From IMG/VR virus record IMGVR_UViG_2706794690_000005: 22,999 nt of DNA. One strand, written 5' to 3'. Shown here piece after piece: positions 9,353 to 18,516 of the stretch. The notes under the pieces were generated by a model. It was not told where the DNA came from and searched no databases. It saw only the letters and a list, made by a program, of their open reading frames with translations. A program made the position numbers and the translations under genes. The number at the start of each line of letters is the position of its first letter. The stretch's first letter is position 1. Source of the DNA: a virus. Its lineage: Duplodnaviria; Heunggongvirae; Uroviricota; Caudoviricetes.

Positions 9353-9450
9353 CACATTTGTCAGCTTCCGGATGGGAGCTGGTGTCAGGGCTGGATAGCT
9401 CATTACTCCATCTATTCACAATTACGCAAATTTTTAAGGAATATTTAATT

Positions 9451-10590
9451 ATGGCTGGAAATACCCTGACCGGGTTGATCCCGACTATTTATACCGCCCT
9501 GGATGTTGTATCCCGTGAGCAGGTAGGTTTTATCCCTGCGGTAGCAAAAAACGCAAAAGCTGACGCCGCAGCAAAAGATCAGACGGTAACCGCGCCAGTT
9601 GCGCCTGAGGCGAAAACCGAAGATATCGTACCGGGGCCGTCAGCTCCGAATACCGGTGATCAAAATATTGGCACTGTTGATGTAAAAATTACTAAATCCA
9701 AAATGGCACCGGTTAAATGGAATGGTGAAGAACAACTGGCTCTTGGCCCTTCAGGGACTTACAACACCATTCTGGCTGATCAGTTCAAGCAGGCTTTTCG
9801 CGCCCTTGCAAACGAGGTTGAGGCTGATCTTGGTGCGTTGTATTTCGGTGCTTCCCGCGCCGTGGGAACCGCAGGGACAACGCCGTTTGGTGTTAAAGAT
9901 GATCTTTCTGATGCTGCTCTGGCTCGTCAGGTTCTGGAGGATAACGGCGCACCGACAACCGATCTGCAGATGGTGCTTGGCTCCACTGCCATTGCTAATT
10001 TGCGCGGAAAACAGTCTGTATTGTTTAAAGTGAATGAATCCGGCACTGAACAGCTACTGCGTGAGGGCGTGTTGGGGCGTCTGGAGGGATTCAATATTCA
10101 CAGTTCGGCAGGTGTGAAACGAGCGCCAAAGGTTGCTGCAACTGGTTATCTCGTGAATGGAGAGAAAAAAGAAGGCGATGTTCTTATTTCCATTGATACT
10201 GGTTCGGGGAGTATTTCTGCAGGTCAGATTGTTACGTTCGCTGGTGATCCGAATCAGTATGTTGTGGCAGCAGCGACCAGCAATCTGATTACTCTTGCAG
10301 CGCCCGGACTGCGTCAGGATCTGGCCGATGATACTGCCATCACAGTTGTTGGGGCCTTTACTGCAAATATGGCGTTTGATCGCAACGCGTTTCTGCTGGC
10401 ATCCCGTACTCCGGCAATGCCGGAAGGTGGCGATAATGCTGATGATGTAATGAATGTTACGGACCCGATTTCAGGGATTACGTTCCAGATTGCACTGTAT
10501 CGTCAGTATCGCCAGGTGCGCTATGAAGTTGGACTGGCATGGGGTGTTTCATCAGTGAAGCCGGCACATGGTTGTCTGATTCTTGGTTAA
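9451..10590 (+). CDS. major capsid protein
   Basis: ORF track 9358-10590; ATG 9451 preceded by AAGGAA Shine-Dalgarno; about 379 aa; follows the scaffold-like gene and is followed by a strong terminator; position and size typical of a major head protein. Confidence 0.6.
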   Translation: MAGNTLTGLIPTIYTALDVVSREQVGFIPAVAKNAKADAAAKDQTVTAPVAPEAKTEDIVPGPSAPNTGDQNIGTVDVKITKSKMAPVKWNGEEQLALGPSGTYNTILADQFKQAFRALANEVEADLGALYFGASRAVGTAGTTPFGVKDDLSDAALARQVLEDNGAPTTDLQMVLGSTAIANLRGKQSVLFKVNESGTEQLLREGVLGRLEGFNIHSSAGVKRAPKVAATGYLVNGEKKEGDVLISIDTGSGSISAGQIVTFAGDPNQYVVAAATSNLITLAAPGLRQDLADDTAITVVGAFTANMAFDRNAFLLASRTPAMPEGGDNADDVMNVTDPISGITFQIALYRQYRQVRYEVGLAWGVSSVKPAHGCLILG

Positions 10591-10598
10591 ACATTCAA

Positions 10599-10621
10599 AC
10601 GGGGCTTCGGCCCCATTTTTA
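10599..10621 (+). terminator. putative rho-independent terminator
   Basis: GGGGC-TTCG-GCCCC perfect hairpin followed by ATTTTTA, 10 nt after the capsid gene stop. Confidence 0.55.
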
Positions 10622-10632
10622 ATGGGGGGCAT

Positions 10633-10809
10633 ATGGCCGGATTAACTAAAGAGCAAAGAGCACAGCGTGAAGCCGCACAAAAAACGCAAATTGAGTTAGT
10701 GGTTATGGTGACCGATTATCAGATGTTTCCCGGCGCACCAACTATCGCTAATGTTCATCCTGATGAAGTTGACAACTGGAAGGCTATGGGCTGGAAAACT
10801 CAGGAGTAA
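10633..10809 (+). CDS. small hypothetical protein (58 aa), below the ORF-track length cutoff
   Basis: ATG 10633 to TAA 10809, hand-translated as MAGLTKEQRAQREAAQKTQIELVVMVTDYQMFPGAPTIANVHPDEVDNWKAMGWKTQE; fills the gap between the capsid terminator and the next gene; its last codons CAGGAG form the Shine-Dalgarno of the gene starting at 10813. Confidence 0.35.
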   Translation: MAGLTKEQRAQREAAQKTQIELVVMVTDYQMFPGAPTIANVHPDEVDNWKAMGWKTQE

Positions 10810-10812
10810 CAC

Positions 10813-11208
10813 ATGATCACTTACGTGACCTGTGATGACGTTGATAATGCGTTTGGGAACGCCTGGACGAGTGAGAACGCTAAAAATAAAGCTGTTTTAA
10901 TGGCTAATGCCTGGCTTAATGGCTTCAACCTGAAAATTAACCCATCCCGTATTCCGGAAGAGGTAAAACTTGCGGGAGCATATGCAGCCAGAATTGCCTC
11001 ATTCGGTAAGTTGTTTCAGCAGAAAAATGATTCTGGCGTTGTTATCAGTAAAGCCGTGTCGGCTGACGGGGTCAGTGTATCGAAATCATTTTCTGAGTTG
11101 CCAGCAAACAGCACTGCATTGCTTGAACCCGATTTACAGCTTGCGATAGCACTGCTGAAACCGTACGGACTTAGTCGCTCACAAGTCAGGGTTGTGAGGG
11201 GGGGATAA
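10813..11208 (+). CDS. head-tail connector / head completion protein (hypothetical)
   Basis: 131-aa ORF; first of four tightly coupled small genes between capsid and major tail genes; stop overlaps next start (TAATG). Confidence 0.4.
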   Translation: MITYVTCDDVDNAFGNAWTSENAKNKAVLMANAWLNGFNLKINPSRIPEEVKLAGAYAARIASFGKLFQQKNDSGVVISKAVSADGVSVSKSFSELPANSTALLEPDLQLAIALLKPYGLSRSQVRVVRGG

Positions 11209-11591
11209 TGGGGCTTCGTGAAGAGATTCAGTCAGAGGTTGCCGCTGCTTTTGATGAGGATTTAGCGGACGCCGTGAGTGATTTTTCTGGTTCTTACGTT
11301 ACGCACCGGCACTGGGATCCTGTGACGGAAACTGGCGGCGAATCAACCGCAATCTATACCGGGCGAGGCGTGTTGACACGTTATAAGCTGGGCAGAATTG
11401 ATGGGATTAATATTTTGCATGGTGACCTTAAATTAACCGCTCTGGTATGCGAGGTTACGGATAAACCAGCTGTCGACCATATTATTGAGATTTATGATCC
11501 TGTATCAAGGCAGTTACAACGATACGAGGTAATTACAGCAAGTGTAGATCCTTCCGCATCAGTTTACTCTATCCAGTTAAGGAGAGCGTAA
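11208..11591 (+). CDS. head-tail adaptor / head closure protein (hypothetical)
   Basis: 127-aa ORF; start overlaps upstream stop; position in head-tail joining block. Confidence 0.4.
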   Translation: MGLREEIQSEVAAAFDEDLADAVSDFSGSYVTHRHWDPVTETGGESTAIYTGRGVLTRYKLGRIDGINILHGDLKLTALVCEVTDKPAVDHIIEIYDPVSRQLQRYEVITASVDPSASVYSIQLRRA

Positions 11592-11972
11592 ATGGCAAAG
11601 GCATGGGATATAGAACCGTCAATATTTGCCGGGATGATTGAGGAAGATGTAGGGCTGAAGATTCGCTACATCGCTATGCAGATTCTTACTGCTATTGATA
11701 TTGCTGCTCCGGTTGATACCGGACGTTTCAGAAATAACAACCTGGTGTCGTTACAGCATCCCGATTTTGGTATATCTGATAACGTGGATCCGAACGGTAC
11801 GATTGCTGTTCAGCGTGGGATCGGGGTTATTTCGAAAGCTGCAAATTACGGGGTTATTTATATCCAGAATAACCTTCCTTATGCAGAGGCTCTTGAAAAC
11901 GGTCATTCACAACAAGCGCCAACTGGCGTGTATGCCAACGCTTTTCATGGTGTTTTACAGGCTTACAAATGA
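11592..11972 (+). CDS. head-tail joining / tail attachment protein (hypothetical)
   Basis: 126-aa ORF starting the nucleotide after the upstream stop; position in head-tail joining block. Confidence 0.4.
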   Translation: MAKAWDIEPSIFAGMIEEDVGLKIRYIAMQILTAIDIAAPVDTGRFRNNNLVSLQHPDFGISDNVDPNGTIAVQRGIGVISKAANYGVIYIQNNLPYAEALENGHSQQAPTGVYANAFHGVLQAYK

Positions 11973-12361
11973 AGTTTACTGAAATCAGAAATACGGTTAT
12001 TTCCAGAATGACGGCACAGACGATTATTGATGGAAAAGACGTATTGTATCCGAACGGGCCAACGTTCGATCCTTCCGGTAAGTTAATCTGGGCGCGGTTA
12101 AGTAATATTCCCGGGCAGGCTGGAGTTAATGAAATTGGCGCGGGGCCGGTTGTTTATCGCACGGGGATAATCATTATTCAGTTATTTGTCCCCGCAGGTT
12201 CTGGTTCAAAACTCATTACTGAGACAGCCGATAAATTGCGGGAACTGTTTGAGTTTCAGGATGACGATCGTCTCAGTTACCAGGCTGTTTCCTCAATAGC
12301 CGTTGGCGAAAAGAATGGCTGGTTCCAGCTTAATCTTCAAATTCCATATCGCGCGCTCTAG
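11969..12361 (+). CDS. tail completion / tail terminator-like protein (hypothetical)
   Basis: 130-aa ORF with ATGA start/stop overlap; immediately upstream of the major tail protein gene. Confidence 0.4.
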   Translation: MKFTEIRNTVISRMTAQTIIDGKDVLYPNGPTFDPSGKLIWARLSNIPGQAGVNEIGAGPVVYRTGIIIIQLFVPAGSGSKLITETADKLRELFEFQDDDRLSYQAVSSIAVGEKNGWFQLNLQIPYRAL

Positions 12362-12387
12362 CGCAATTAATGACATAGGAGGCTCCT

Positions 12388-13350
12388 GTGAGTTCAGGTG
12401 CAAAGGTTATCTCGGCATTTATCCGGGAGACGGTTGCAGGCACTACGCCAGCAAGTGGTGACTGGAGTTTATTAAAACGCACAAGCTGGGGAGTAAAACC
12501 CACCCAGAATAAAGGCGAAAATAATGAGATTGGTGGCTCCCGGATGGCTCAGGGGGCGACGCCTGGCACTGTGGATGTCGGCGGTGATGTTGGTACCAAA
12601 TTTCGCTGGGGTCAACATGATGATTTTCTTGCATCCTGTTTCGGCGCGGAATGGTCAGGCGATTCTCTGACAATGGGGAATGAGCGAATAACATTTTCTC
12701 TGGCGACCTATGCGTCCGATGTCGGAATTGCCTCTGTCGTCAGAGGAGCGCAGGTTGGCTCATGGAAAATGCAGATCCCTAACGACGGCGATATTACAGC
12801 GACCGTAACCTTTGCCGGACTGGACTGGGAATCAAAGGCCGATGATACGAATTTTATCAAAGGCGAACCTGTGGATAGTGCAGGAAAGCTACGTTATTCG
12901 TTTAAGGAGGTTTCAGCAGTAAGCCTGAATGGTGTTGCCGGAGGTAACGGTTTTTGTATCGACAGTTTTGATATTCAGTTCGATAACAAACTCCAGACAC
13001 AGCGTTGTATCGGGACTGGCTCGCCTTATGCAGGAGCAAATATTCCGACTACTTTTACACCGTCCGGTACGGTGACGCTTTCATGGTCTAAAGCCGCGTG
13101 GGAAATCTGGAGTAAAACACTGACTGGAGAAACAGTTCCGTTCAGCTTCACGCTTTCGAATGGAGAGGGGGCATACACTTTCAGTTTCCCGAAGGTTCAG
13201 GTGTCAGGTGAATGGCCTGATGGGGGTAATAGCGACATTATCCAGGTTCAATTGAGCATTACCGCAGCAGATGAAGCACCTACGATAACCAGAAAAAAAA
13301 ATTCCCCGGCTGCCGTGATCGCAAAAGCCAGTGCTGAGGCGATTAGTTGA
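12388..13350 (+). CDS. major tail (tube) protein
   Basis: 320-aa ORF with GTG start preceded by AGGAGG; Gly/Ser/Thr-rich, beta-rich composition; located directly upstream of the chaperone pair and tape measure gene. Confidence 0.55.
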   Translation: MSSGAKVISAFIRETVAGTTPASGDWSLLKRTSWGVKPTQNKGENNEIGGSRMAQGATPGTVDVGGDVGTKFRWGQHDDFLASCFGAEWSGDSLTMGNERITFSLATYASDVGIASVVRGAQVGSWKMQIPNDGDITATVTFAGLDWESKADDTNFIKGEPVDSAGKLRYSFKEVSAVSLNGVAGGNGFCIDSFDIQFDNKLQTQRCIGTGSPYAGANIPTTFTPSGTVTLSWSKAAWEIWSKTLTGETVPFSFTLSNGEGAYTFSFPKVQVSGEWPDGGNSDIIQVQLSITAADEAPTITRKKNSPAAVIAKASAEAIS

Positions 13351-13398
13351 TTTTCCGTTATTCCTCCTGTGGTACTGCCCTACAGGGGGACGCATTGA

Positions 13399-13860
13399 AT
13401 GAGGTTATGGATGTTTATTCTTAATCAGAAAATTATCATTGGTGGAGAACGCTGGTTTACGCCAATGAAGGACTTAAAACCTGTAGACGGGTTAAAACTG
13501 TTGGTGGCAAGCAGCGATAACGATCAGTATCGCTCCCGTAATGCATTAATCCGTCGCCACATTGAGAAAATGGATGCCAGTTTGCACGTCGGAACGAAGG
13601 AGTTTGATATTTCAAAGGTTTCCGAGGTGGATTCTGTTGATGATTTACTCATTGATAATGCCGCTCGTTATCTGCTGAAAGACTGGAAAGGGGTTGGTGA
13701 ACTGGTTAATGGTGTTGAGGTTGCACTGGAATATACGGCAGAACGAGGGATCGCGCTGCTTAAGCAGAATCCAGAGTTGTACTGGCAGATCCTTGCAGAA
13801 GCAGCCAGCATCGCCCAGGGTAAAGAGCAGCAGAAGCAGGATACGATAAAAAAGCCATAG
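13399..13860 (+). CDS. tail assembly chaperone (lambda gpG-like)
   Basis: 153-aa ORF between major tail and tape measure genes; ends ...TIKKP with a slippery A_AAA_AAG heptamer four codons before its stop. Confidence 0.55.
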   Translation: MRLWMFILNQKIIIGGERWFTPMKDLKPVDGLKLLVASSDNDQYRSRNALIRRHIEKMDASLHVGTKEFDISKVSEVDSVDDLLIDNAARYLLKDWKGVGELVNGVEVALEYTAERGIALLKQNPELYWQILAEAASIAQGKEQQKQDTIKKP

Positions 13861-14168
13861 CTGCCCAGCGGTGGTTATCGGAGTTCGGGGGAGAAAGGGG
13901 GGAAAAGGCAAGATGGAAGCGAGAAAAACTCAGGTTGCCACCGATACCGGAACCAGAAATAGACCCGGTGCTTAAGGAGTTGTTGTACGCCTATTCGGTA
14001 ATATCCCGTGCCCGACGTTATGCTGGAATGGCTGGGGTGCCTTTGCCTTTATCTCTGACAGAGATAAATGAATATTTAGCCACTCATCCGGTATTGATTG
14101 AGCGCGATGAATTTGAAGCAGTGATCTTTGCACTGGATGACCAGTATTTTCAGGAGCAGTGTGTGTAG
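13399..14168 (+). CDS. predicted frameshift fusion tail assembly chaperone (lambda gpGT-like), made by -1 slip at 13848-13854
   Basis: downstream ORF 13935-14168 is in the -1 frame relative to 13399-13860 and that frame is open from the slippery site; mirrors the conserved G/GT arrangement upstream of tape measure genes in long-tailed phages. Confidence 0.45.
13848..13854 (+). promoter_or_regulatory. putative -1 programmed ribosomal frameshift site (A_AAA_AAG slippery heptamer)
   Basis: ATA AAA AAG in the zero frame at 13846-13854; the -1 frame is open without stops from the heptamer to the stop at 14168 (checked codon by codon). Confidence 0.55.
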
Positions 14169-14288
14169 TTGTTAATTACGTACACTCTGTTACAGAGATG
14201 TGATGGTGTCTTTAATTAAATCGATGATGCTCCTGGAGAAAAGCATTGCGTGGCCTCGTAATCGCTATATCTACTATTATGTCGCCTG

Positions 14289-14314
14289 AAACCCACTTCG
14301 CGGTGGGTTTTTTG
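14289..14314 (+). terminator. terminator-like hairpin (possible attenuator) just upstream of the tape measure gene
   Basis: AAACCCAC-TTCGCG-GTGGGTTT hairpin followed by a T-run, ending about 20 nt before the tape measure ATG (14334) and its GGAG Shine-Dalgarno (14321-14324). Confidence 0.35.
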
Positions 14315-14333
14315 TTGTCAGGAGTTTTAATAA

Positions 14334-17300
14334 ATGGCAGAGCAAACCTCGCGTCTCGCAATAATTATTGATAGCACTGGAGCGAAAAATAATGCTGACA
14401 ATCTGACCTCCTCATTAGTCAAAATGACGCAGGCTGGGGAAACTGCTGCAAATAGCGCAGGGAAAGTGACTAAGGCAACAGAAGATGAGAAGAACGCGCT
14501 CGCAAAATTAAAAGCAGCTATTGATCCAGTTGGTGCCGCAATTGATACTGTCGGTCGACGCTATTCTGAATTAAAGAAATTTTTCGATAAAGGGCTTATT
14601 GATAAAGAAGAATATGAATTTCTTGTCCGTAAACTTAATGAAACCACAGAGGAATTGAGCGGGGTTGCGCAAGCGCAGAGAGAAGCCGAGAAGGCCGGAA
14701 AACTTGCTGCCGCCCAGCAGGAAGCGCAGGCTCAGGCCTTTCAAAGAATGCTGGACAAGATCGACCCTCTGGCTGCGGCGCTAAGAAATCTTGAACAACA
14801 GCATGATGAACTTAATGCTGCGTTTGCATCCGGGAAAATAAATGGTTCTCAGTTTGAGAATTATAGCCGAAAAATACAGGAAACACGGCGAGAGCTTACC
14901 GGAGAGGCTCAGGCAGAGCGAGAAGCAGCAAAAGCGCATGATGAACAGGTTGTTGCTTTGCAACGTCTGATTGCTCAACTTGATCCTGTCGGAACTGCTT
15001 TTAATCGTCTGGTAGAACAACAGAAACAGCTCAATGAAGCAAAAGCTAAGGGGATGCTTTCTCCTGAAATGTATGAGGAGCTTTCTGGAAAACTTCGTGC
15101 TATGCGGAGTGAGCTTGAGGTTACTCAATCACAATTAAGCAAAACCGGAATGTCGGCAAAACAAACGGCTTTTGCTATGCGCATGTTGCCTGTACAAATG
15201 ACGGATATTGTTGTTGGGTTGTCCACTGGTCAGTCGCCATTTATGGTGTTAATGCAGCAGGGCGGCCAGCTAAAAGATATGTTCGGTGGGATTGGCCCGG
15301 CGATCAAAGGTGTAGGTTCTTATGTGCTGGGATTAATTAATCCTTTTACCCTGGCCGCAGCAGCCGTTGGGGTCTTAGGACTGGCTTACTATAAAGGCTC
15401 TCAGGAGCAGGACGAATTTAATAAATCTCTTATTCTTACCGGAAATCAGTTGGGGACAACCAGCGGGCAATTGGGCGATATAGCTCAACGTGCCGGGAAT
15501 GCGGCTGATTCGACAACTGGTGCTGCGGCGGCAGTATTAAATCAGCTTGTGCGTTCGGGAAAGGTAGCGAGCAGTTCGCTGGAGCAAGTGACGACAGCGA
15601 TAGTAAAAACGAGCGAAGTAACAGGAATATCAACCGAACAACTGGTTAATGACTTCAATGAAATTGCAAAGGATCCTGTCAGTGCCATATCAAAACTTAA
15701 TGATCAGTACCATTTTCTGACACTTGCGACTTATAACCAGATTAAGGCGCTACAGGATGAAGGGAACCAGCAGGAGGCCGCCCGCATTGCGACAGAAGAA
15801 TACTCATCCTCAATGATCCAGCGCACCAACCAGATTAAAGAAAATCTTGGTTATCTTGAGACTGCATGGAAAGCTGTCGCAGACTCCGCAAAATGGGCAT
15901 GGGATTCCATGCTGGATATTGGCCGTGAGGCCTCCCTTGATCAAAAAATCTCAGATGTTCTCCGTCAAATTGATGAAATAGAAAAAAATACCCGACCCGG
16001 AGTTTTCGGGTTAGGTGGCATTGGAGATGGCGGAGCTCAAAATAAAAGGCTGGCACGATTAAAGCAGCAATTGGGCGTACTTCAAGCAGAAAAAATTGCT
16101 CAGGACGTACTAAATTCATCAATAAACGATTACAACAAGCGACAACAGGAAGGAATTGAACTCAGACAGAGAGCAGATGCCTTTTCAAAACAATATCAGA
16201 CCCGGGAGCAGCAGAGAGCTAGTGAACTTGCAAAACTGGAAAAGCTAAAGAATCAGTATTCAAAGGAAGAATATAATAATCTTATCGCTCAAATAAATGA
16301 GCGTTATAAAGATCCAAAGCAACCAAAGGCGAAAGGTTATTCTGATGATGCAGCCCAACGAATGATTGATCATCTGAATCAACAGAATGCGTTACTAAGT
16401 TCACAAGCTGAGTTGACCGTTAAATTAAGTTCCTCTGAACAGGAACTGGTTAAGTGGCGTCAGCGGATTGCCGACCTAGAGTCACGACCATCATCGAAAT
16501 TAACCCAGGATCAGAAATCGCTTCTCTTACACCGGGAAGAAATAACCACGTTGATGGAGAAAAATGTTGCGATTGAAAAAAATAACAGGCTAATCAAGGA
16601 ATCCGCCGAAATAACAGCATGGCGTGATTCATTGCAGGCTTCGATTGATAATCGTCAGCAGGGGTATGATATTCAGATTGCTGGTTATGGGGTTGGCGAT
16701 AAAAATCAGCAACGCCAGCAGGAATTACTGCGGATTGAACATGGATATAACAATCAGCGTCTGCAACTTGAACGTGACTATGCAGATAAATCCCGTGGAA
16801 TGTCAGATCATGTTTTTCAAGAGAAAATGCAGGCTCTGAATGATGCTCTGGAACGGGAAAAAGAAATTGTCAGACAGAAAAACGAGCAGCTCGATATTCA
16901 GGCAGGAGACTGGGTTAGTGGTGCCTCCCAGGGATTCAATAACTGGCTGGATGACACTAAGGATATCAGTGAGCAGATAAAATCAACCACGACTCAGATG
17001 TTTGATGGGATGACCGATGCGCTGGGTGATTTTGTCACGACAGGCAAGGCAAATTTTCGTTCTTTCGCTACTTCCGTGATTTCGGATCTTAGTCGAATAG
17101 CATTAAAGGCTTCAATTACTGGGATTTTCGACAGCATTAGTAACAGTTCTTCTGGGGGGATTTTAGGAACTATCGGGAGTGCTATTAGTAAATTTATTCC
17201 GAATGCAAAGGGCGGTGTTTATGAGTCTCCGTCATTGAGCACGTATTCGAACGGTATTTATGATTCCCCGCAATTTTTTGCTTTTGCAAAAGGGGCTGGT

Positions 17301-17567
17301 GTTTTTGGTGAGGCTGGACCGGAAGCCATTATGCCATTAACACGAACTTCCGATGGTTCTCTTGGTGTCAGAGCTATTAATAGTAAAAGTGGTAATGGAG
17401 GCGGAGATATTACCTATGCCCCTGTATACCAAATCACTATTCAAAATGACGGCCAGAATGGAGAGATTGGCCCTCAGGCAATAAAAGCACTTATGGGGAT
17501 GGTTGATCAGCGGGTGCAGGGCAATCTGTTAAATATGCGACGTGATGGGGGAATGTTAAGTGGCTAA
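14334..17567 (+). CDS. tail tape measure protein
   Basis: 1077-aa ORF; long Ala/Gln/Glu-rich helical N-terminal part with three tandem ~70-aa repeats; hydrophobic segment near the middle ([33 protein letters not shown]); C-terminus resembles the lambda gpH C-terminal fragment at 18775-19086; canonical position. Confidence 0.8.
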   Translation: MAEQTSRLAIIIDSTGAKNNADNLTSSLVKMTQAGETAANSAGKVTKATEDEKNALAKLKAAIDPVGAAIDTVGRRYSELKKFFDKGLIDKEEYEFLVRKLNETTEELSGVAQAQREAEKAGKLAAAQQEAQAQAFQRMLDKIDPLAAALRNLEQQHDELNAAFASGKINGSQFENYSRKIQETRRELTGEAQAEREAAKAHDEQVVALQRLIAQLDPVGTAFNRLVEQQKQLNEAKAKGMLSPEMYEELSGKLRAMRSELEVTQSQLSKTGMSAKQTAFAMRMLPVQMTDIVVGLSTGQSPFMVLMQQGGQLKDMFGGIGPAIKGVGSYVLGLINPFTLAAAAVGVLGLAYYKGSQEQDEFNKSLILTGNQLGTTSGQLGDIAQRAGNAADSTTGAAAAVLNQLVRSGKVASSSLEQVTTAIVKTSEVTGISTEQLVNDFNEIAKDPVSAISKLNDQYHFLTLATYNQIKALQDEGNQQEAARIATEEYSSSMIQRTNQIKENLGYLETAWKAVADSAKWAWDSMLDIGREASLDQKISDVLRQIDEIEKNTRPGVFGLGGIGDGGAQNKRLARLKQQLGVLQAEKIAQDVLNSSINDYNKRQQEGIELRQRADAFSKQYQTREQQRASELAKLEKLKNQYSKEEYNNLIAQINERYKDPKQPKAKGYSDDAAQRMIDHLNQQNALLSSQAELTVKLSSSEQELVKWRQRIADLESRPSSKLTQDQKSLLLHREEITTLMEKNVAIEKNNRLIKESAEITAWRDSLQASIDNRQQGYDIQIAGYGVGDKNQQRQQELLRIEHGYNNQRLQLERDYADKSRGMSDHVFQEKMQALNDALEREKEIVRQKNEQLDIQAGDWVSGASQGFNNWLDDTKDISEQIKSTTTQMFDGMTDALGDFVTTGKANFRSFATSVISDLSRIALKASITGIFDSISNSSSGGILGTIGSAISKFIPNAKGGVYESPSLSTYSNGIYDSPQFFAFAKGAGVFGEAGPEAIMPLTRTSDGSLGVRAINSKSGNGGGDITYAPVYQITIQNDGQNGEIGPQAIKALMGMVDQRVQGNLLNMRRDGGMLSG
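14500..15150 (+). repeat. three imperfect tandem repeats (~220-240 nt each) inside the tape measure gene
   Basis: protein-level repeats sharing a recurring IDP/LDP-started unit with a conserved spacing of Leu, Gly, Tyr-Glu and an AQAxREAxKA tail: [22 protein letters not shown].../[22 protein letters not shown].../[22 protein letters not shown]... Confidence 0.6.
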
Positions 17568-17898
17568 TACGGAAGAATTTCACTGGTTACCAGAGGATGG
17601 AATGAAAACAGAAAATAAACCATCGATAAAAACTGTAAGATTTGGTGATGGTTATGAGCAACGAAGTCCAAATGGACTTAATCATTCTCTGCGCGTTTTC
17701 ACCTGTGATTTCAAAGTTGAGGCGAATGAACGTGATTCATTTGAAAAATTTTTAGCCCGGCATGAAGGCTATAAATCTTTTTTTTGGCGCCCGCCGGGTA
17801 TTAACAGAAAAATCAGAGTGGTGTGTCGAACGTGGTCAGCGACAGAACATATCACCTATACCGATTTTTCGTGTCAGTTTGACGAAGTGGTGATCTGA
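17560..17898 (+). CDS. minor tail protein, lambda gpM-like (divergent copy)
   Basis: 112-aa ORF with GTG start overlapping the tape measure stop; shares the motif VRFGDGY.QR.P.GLN and similar length with the second gpM-like ORF at 19083-19412 but is otherwise divergent. Confidence 0.6.
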   Translation: MANTEEFHWLPEDGMKTENKPSIKTVRFGDGYEQRSPNGLNHSLRVFTCDFKVEANERDSFEKFLARHEGYKSFFWRPPGINRKIRVVCRTWSATEHITYTDFSCQFDEVVI

Positions 17899-18516
17899 TG
17901 CAGGACATACAACAGGAAACGCTGAATGAATGCATTCGTGCGGAGCAGTCGGCCAGCGTGGTGCTCTGGGAAATCGACCTGACCGAGGTAGGCGGGGATC
18001 GCTACTTTTTCTGCAATGAGCAGAACGAGAAAGGAGAGTCTGTCACCTGGCAGAGTCGGCAGTATCAGGCCTATCCCATTCAGGGGAGTGGATTTGAGAT
18101 GAACGGCAAAGGTGCCAGTGCAAGGCCAACGCTGAAAGTCTCTAATCTGCACGGCATGGTCACCGGGATGGCGGAAGACCTGCAGAGTCTGGTCGGCGGA
18201 ACGGTGGTCAGGCGTAAGGTTTACGCCCGTTTTCTGGATGCGGTGAACTTCGTCAACGGAAACAGTGACGCCGATCCGGAGCAGGAGGTGATCAGCCGCT
18301 GGCGTATTGAGCAGTGCAGCGAACTGAGCGCGGTCAGTGCCTCCTTTGTACTGTCCACGCCGACGGAAACGGACGGCGCTGTTTTTCCGGGGCGCATCAT
18401 GCTTGCTAATACCTGCACCTGGACCTATCGCGGTGATGAGTGCGGTTATCACGGTCCGGCTGTCGCGGATGAATATGACCAGCCGACGTCCGATATCACG
18501 AAGGATAAATGCAGCA
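17898..18516 (+). CDS. L: minor tail protein L (lambda gpL-like), 3' end truncated by N gap
   Basis: ATGA overlap with upstream gene; 206 codons nearly collinear with the complete L copy at 19412-20110 (by eye roughly 85% nucleotide identity in the first ~250 nt, higher afterwards); reading frame runs straight into the N run at 18517. Confidence 0.7.

Noticed and set aside
9362-9381. Stem-loop CAGCTTCC-GGAT-GGGAGCTG in the scaffold-capsid intergenic region
   Set aside because: Not followed by a T-run, so not an intrinsic terminator; a regulatory role is possible but unsupported.
8634-9403. Alternative-frame ORFs overlapping the scaffold-like gene (8634-8924 +, 8979-9209 +, 9041-9403 -, 9066-9323 -)
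   Set aside because: Highly basic or low-complexity translations overlapping a better-supported gene.
14203-14289. 28-codon ORF (MVSLIKSMMLLEKSIAWPRNRYIYYYVA) in the spacer before the tape measure gene
   Set aside because: Very short, no ribosome-binding site, overlaps the proposed terminator region; no evidence it is translated.
17874-18452. 192-aa minus-strand ORF antisense to the first L copy
   Set aside because: Same shadow-ORF pattern as its paralogue opposite the second L copy; the + strand gene is strongly supported.
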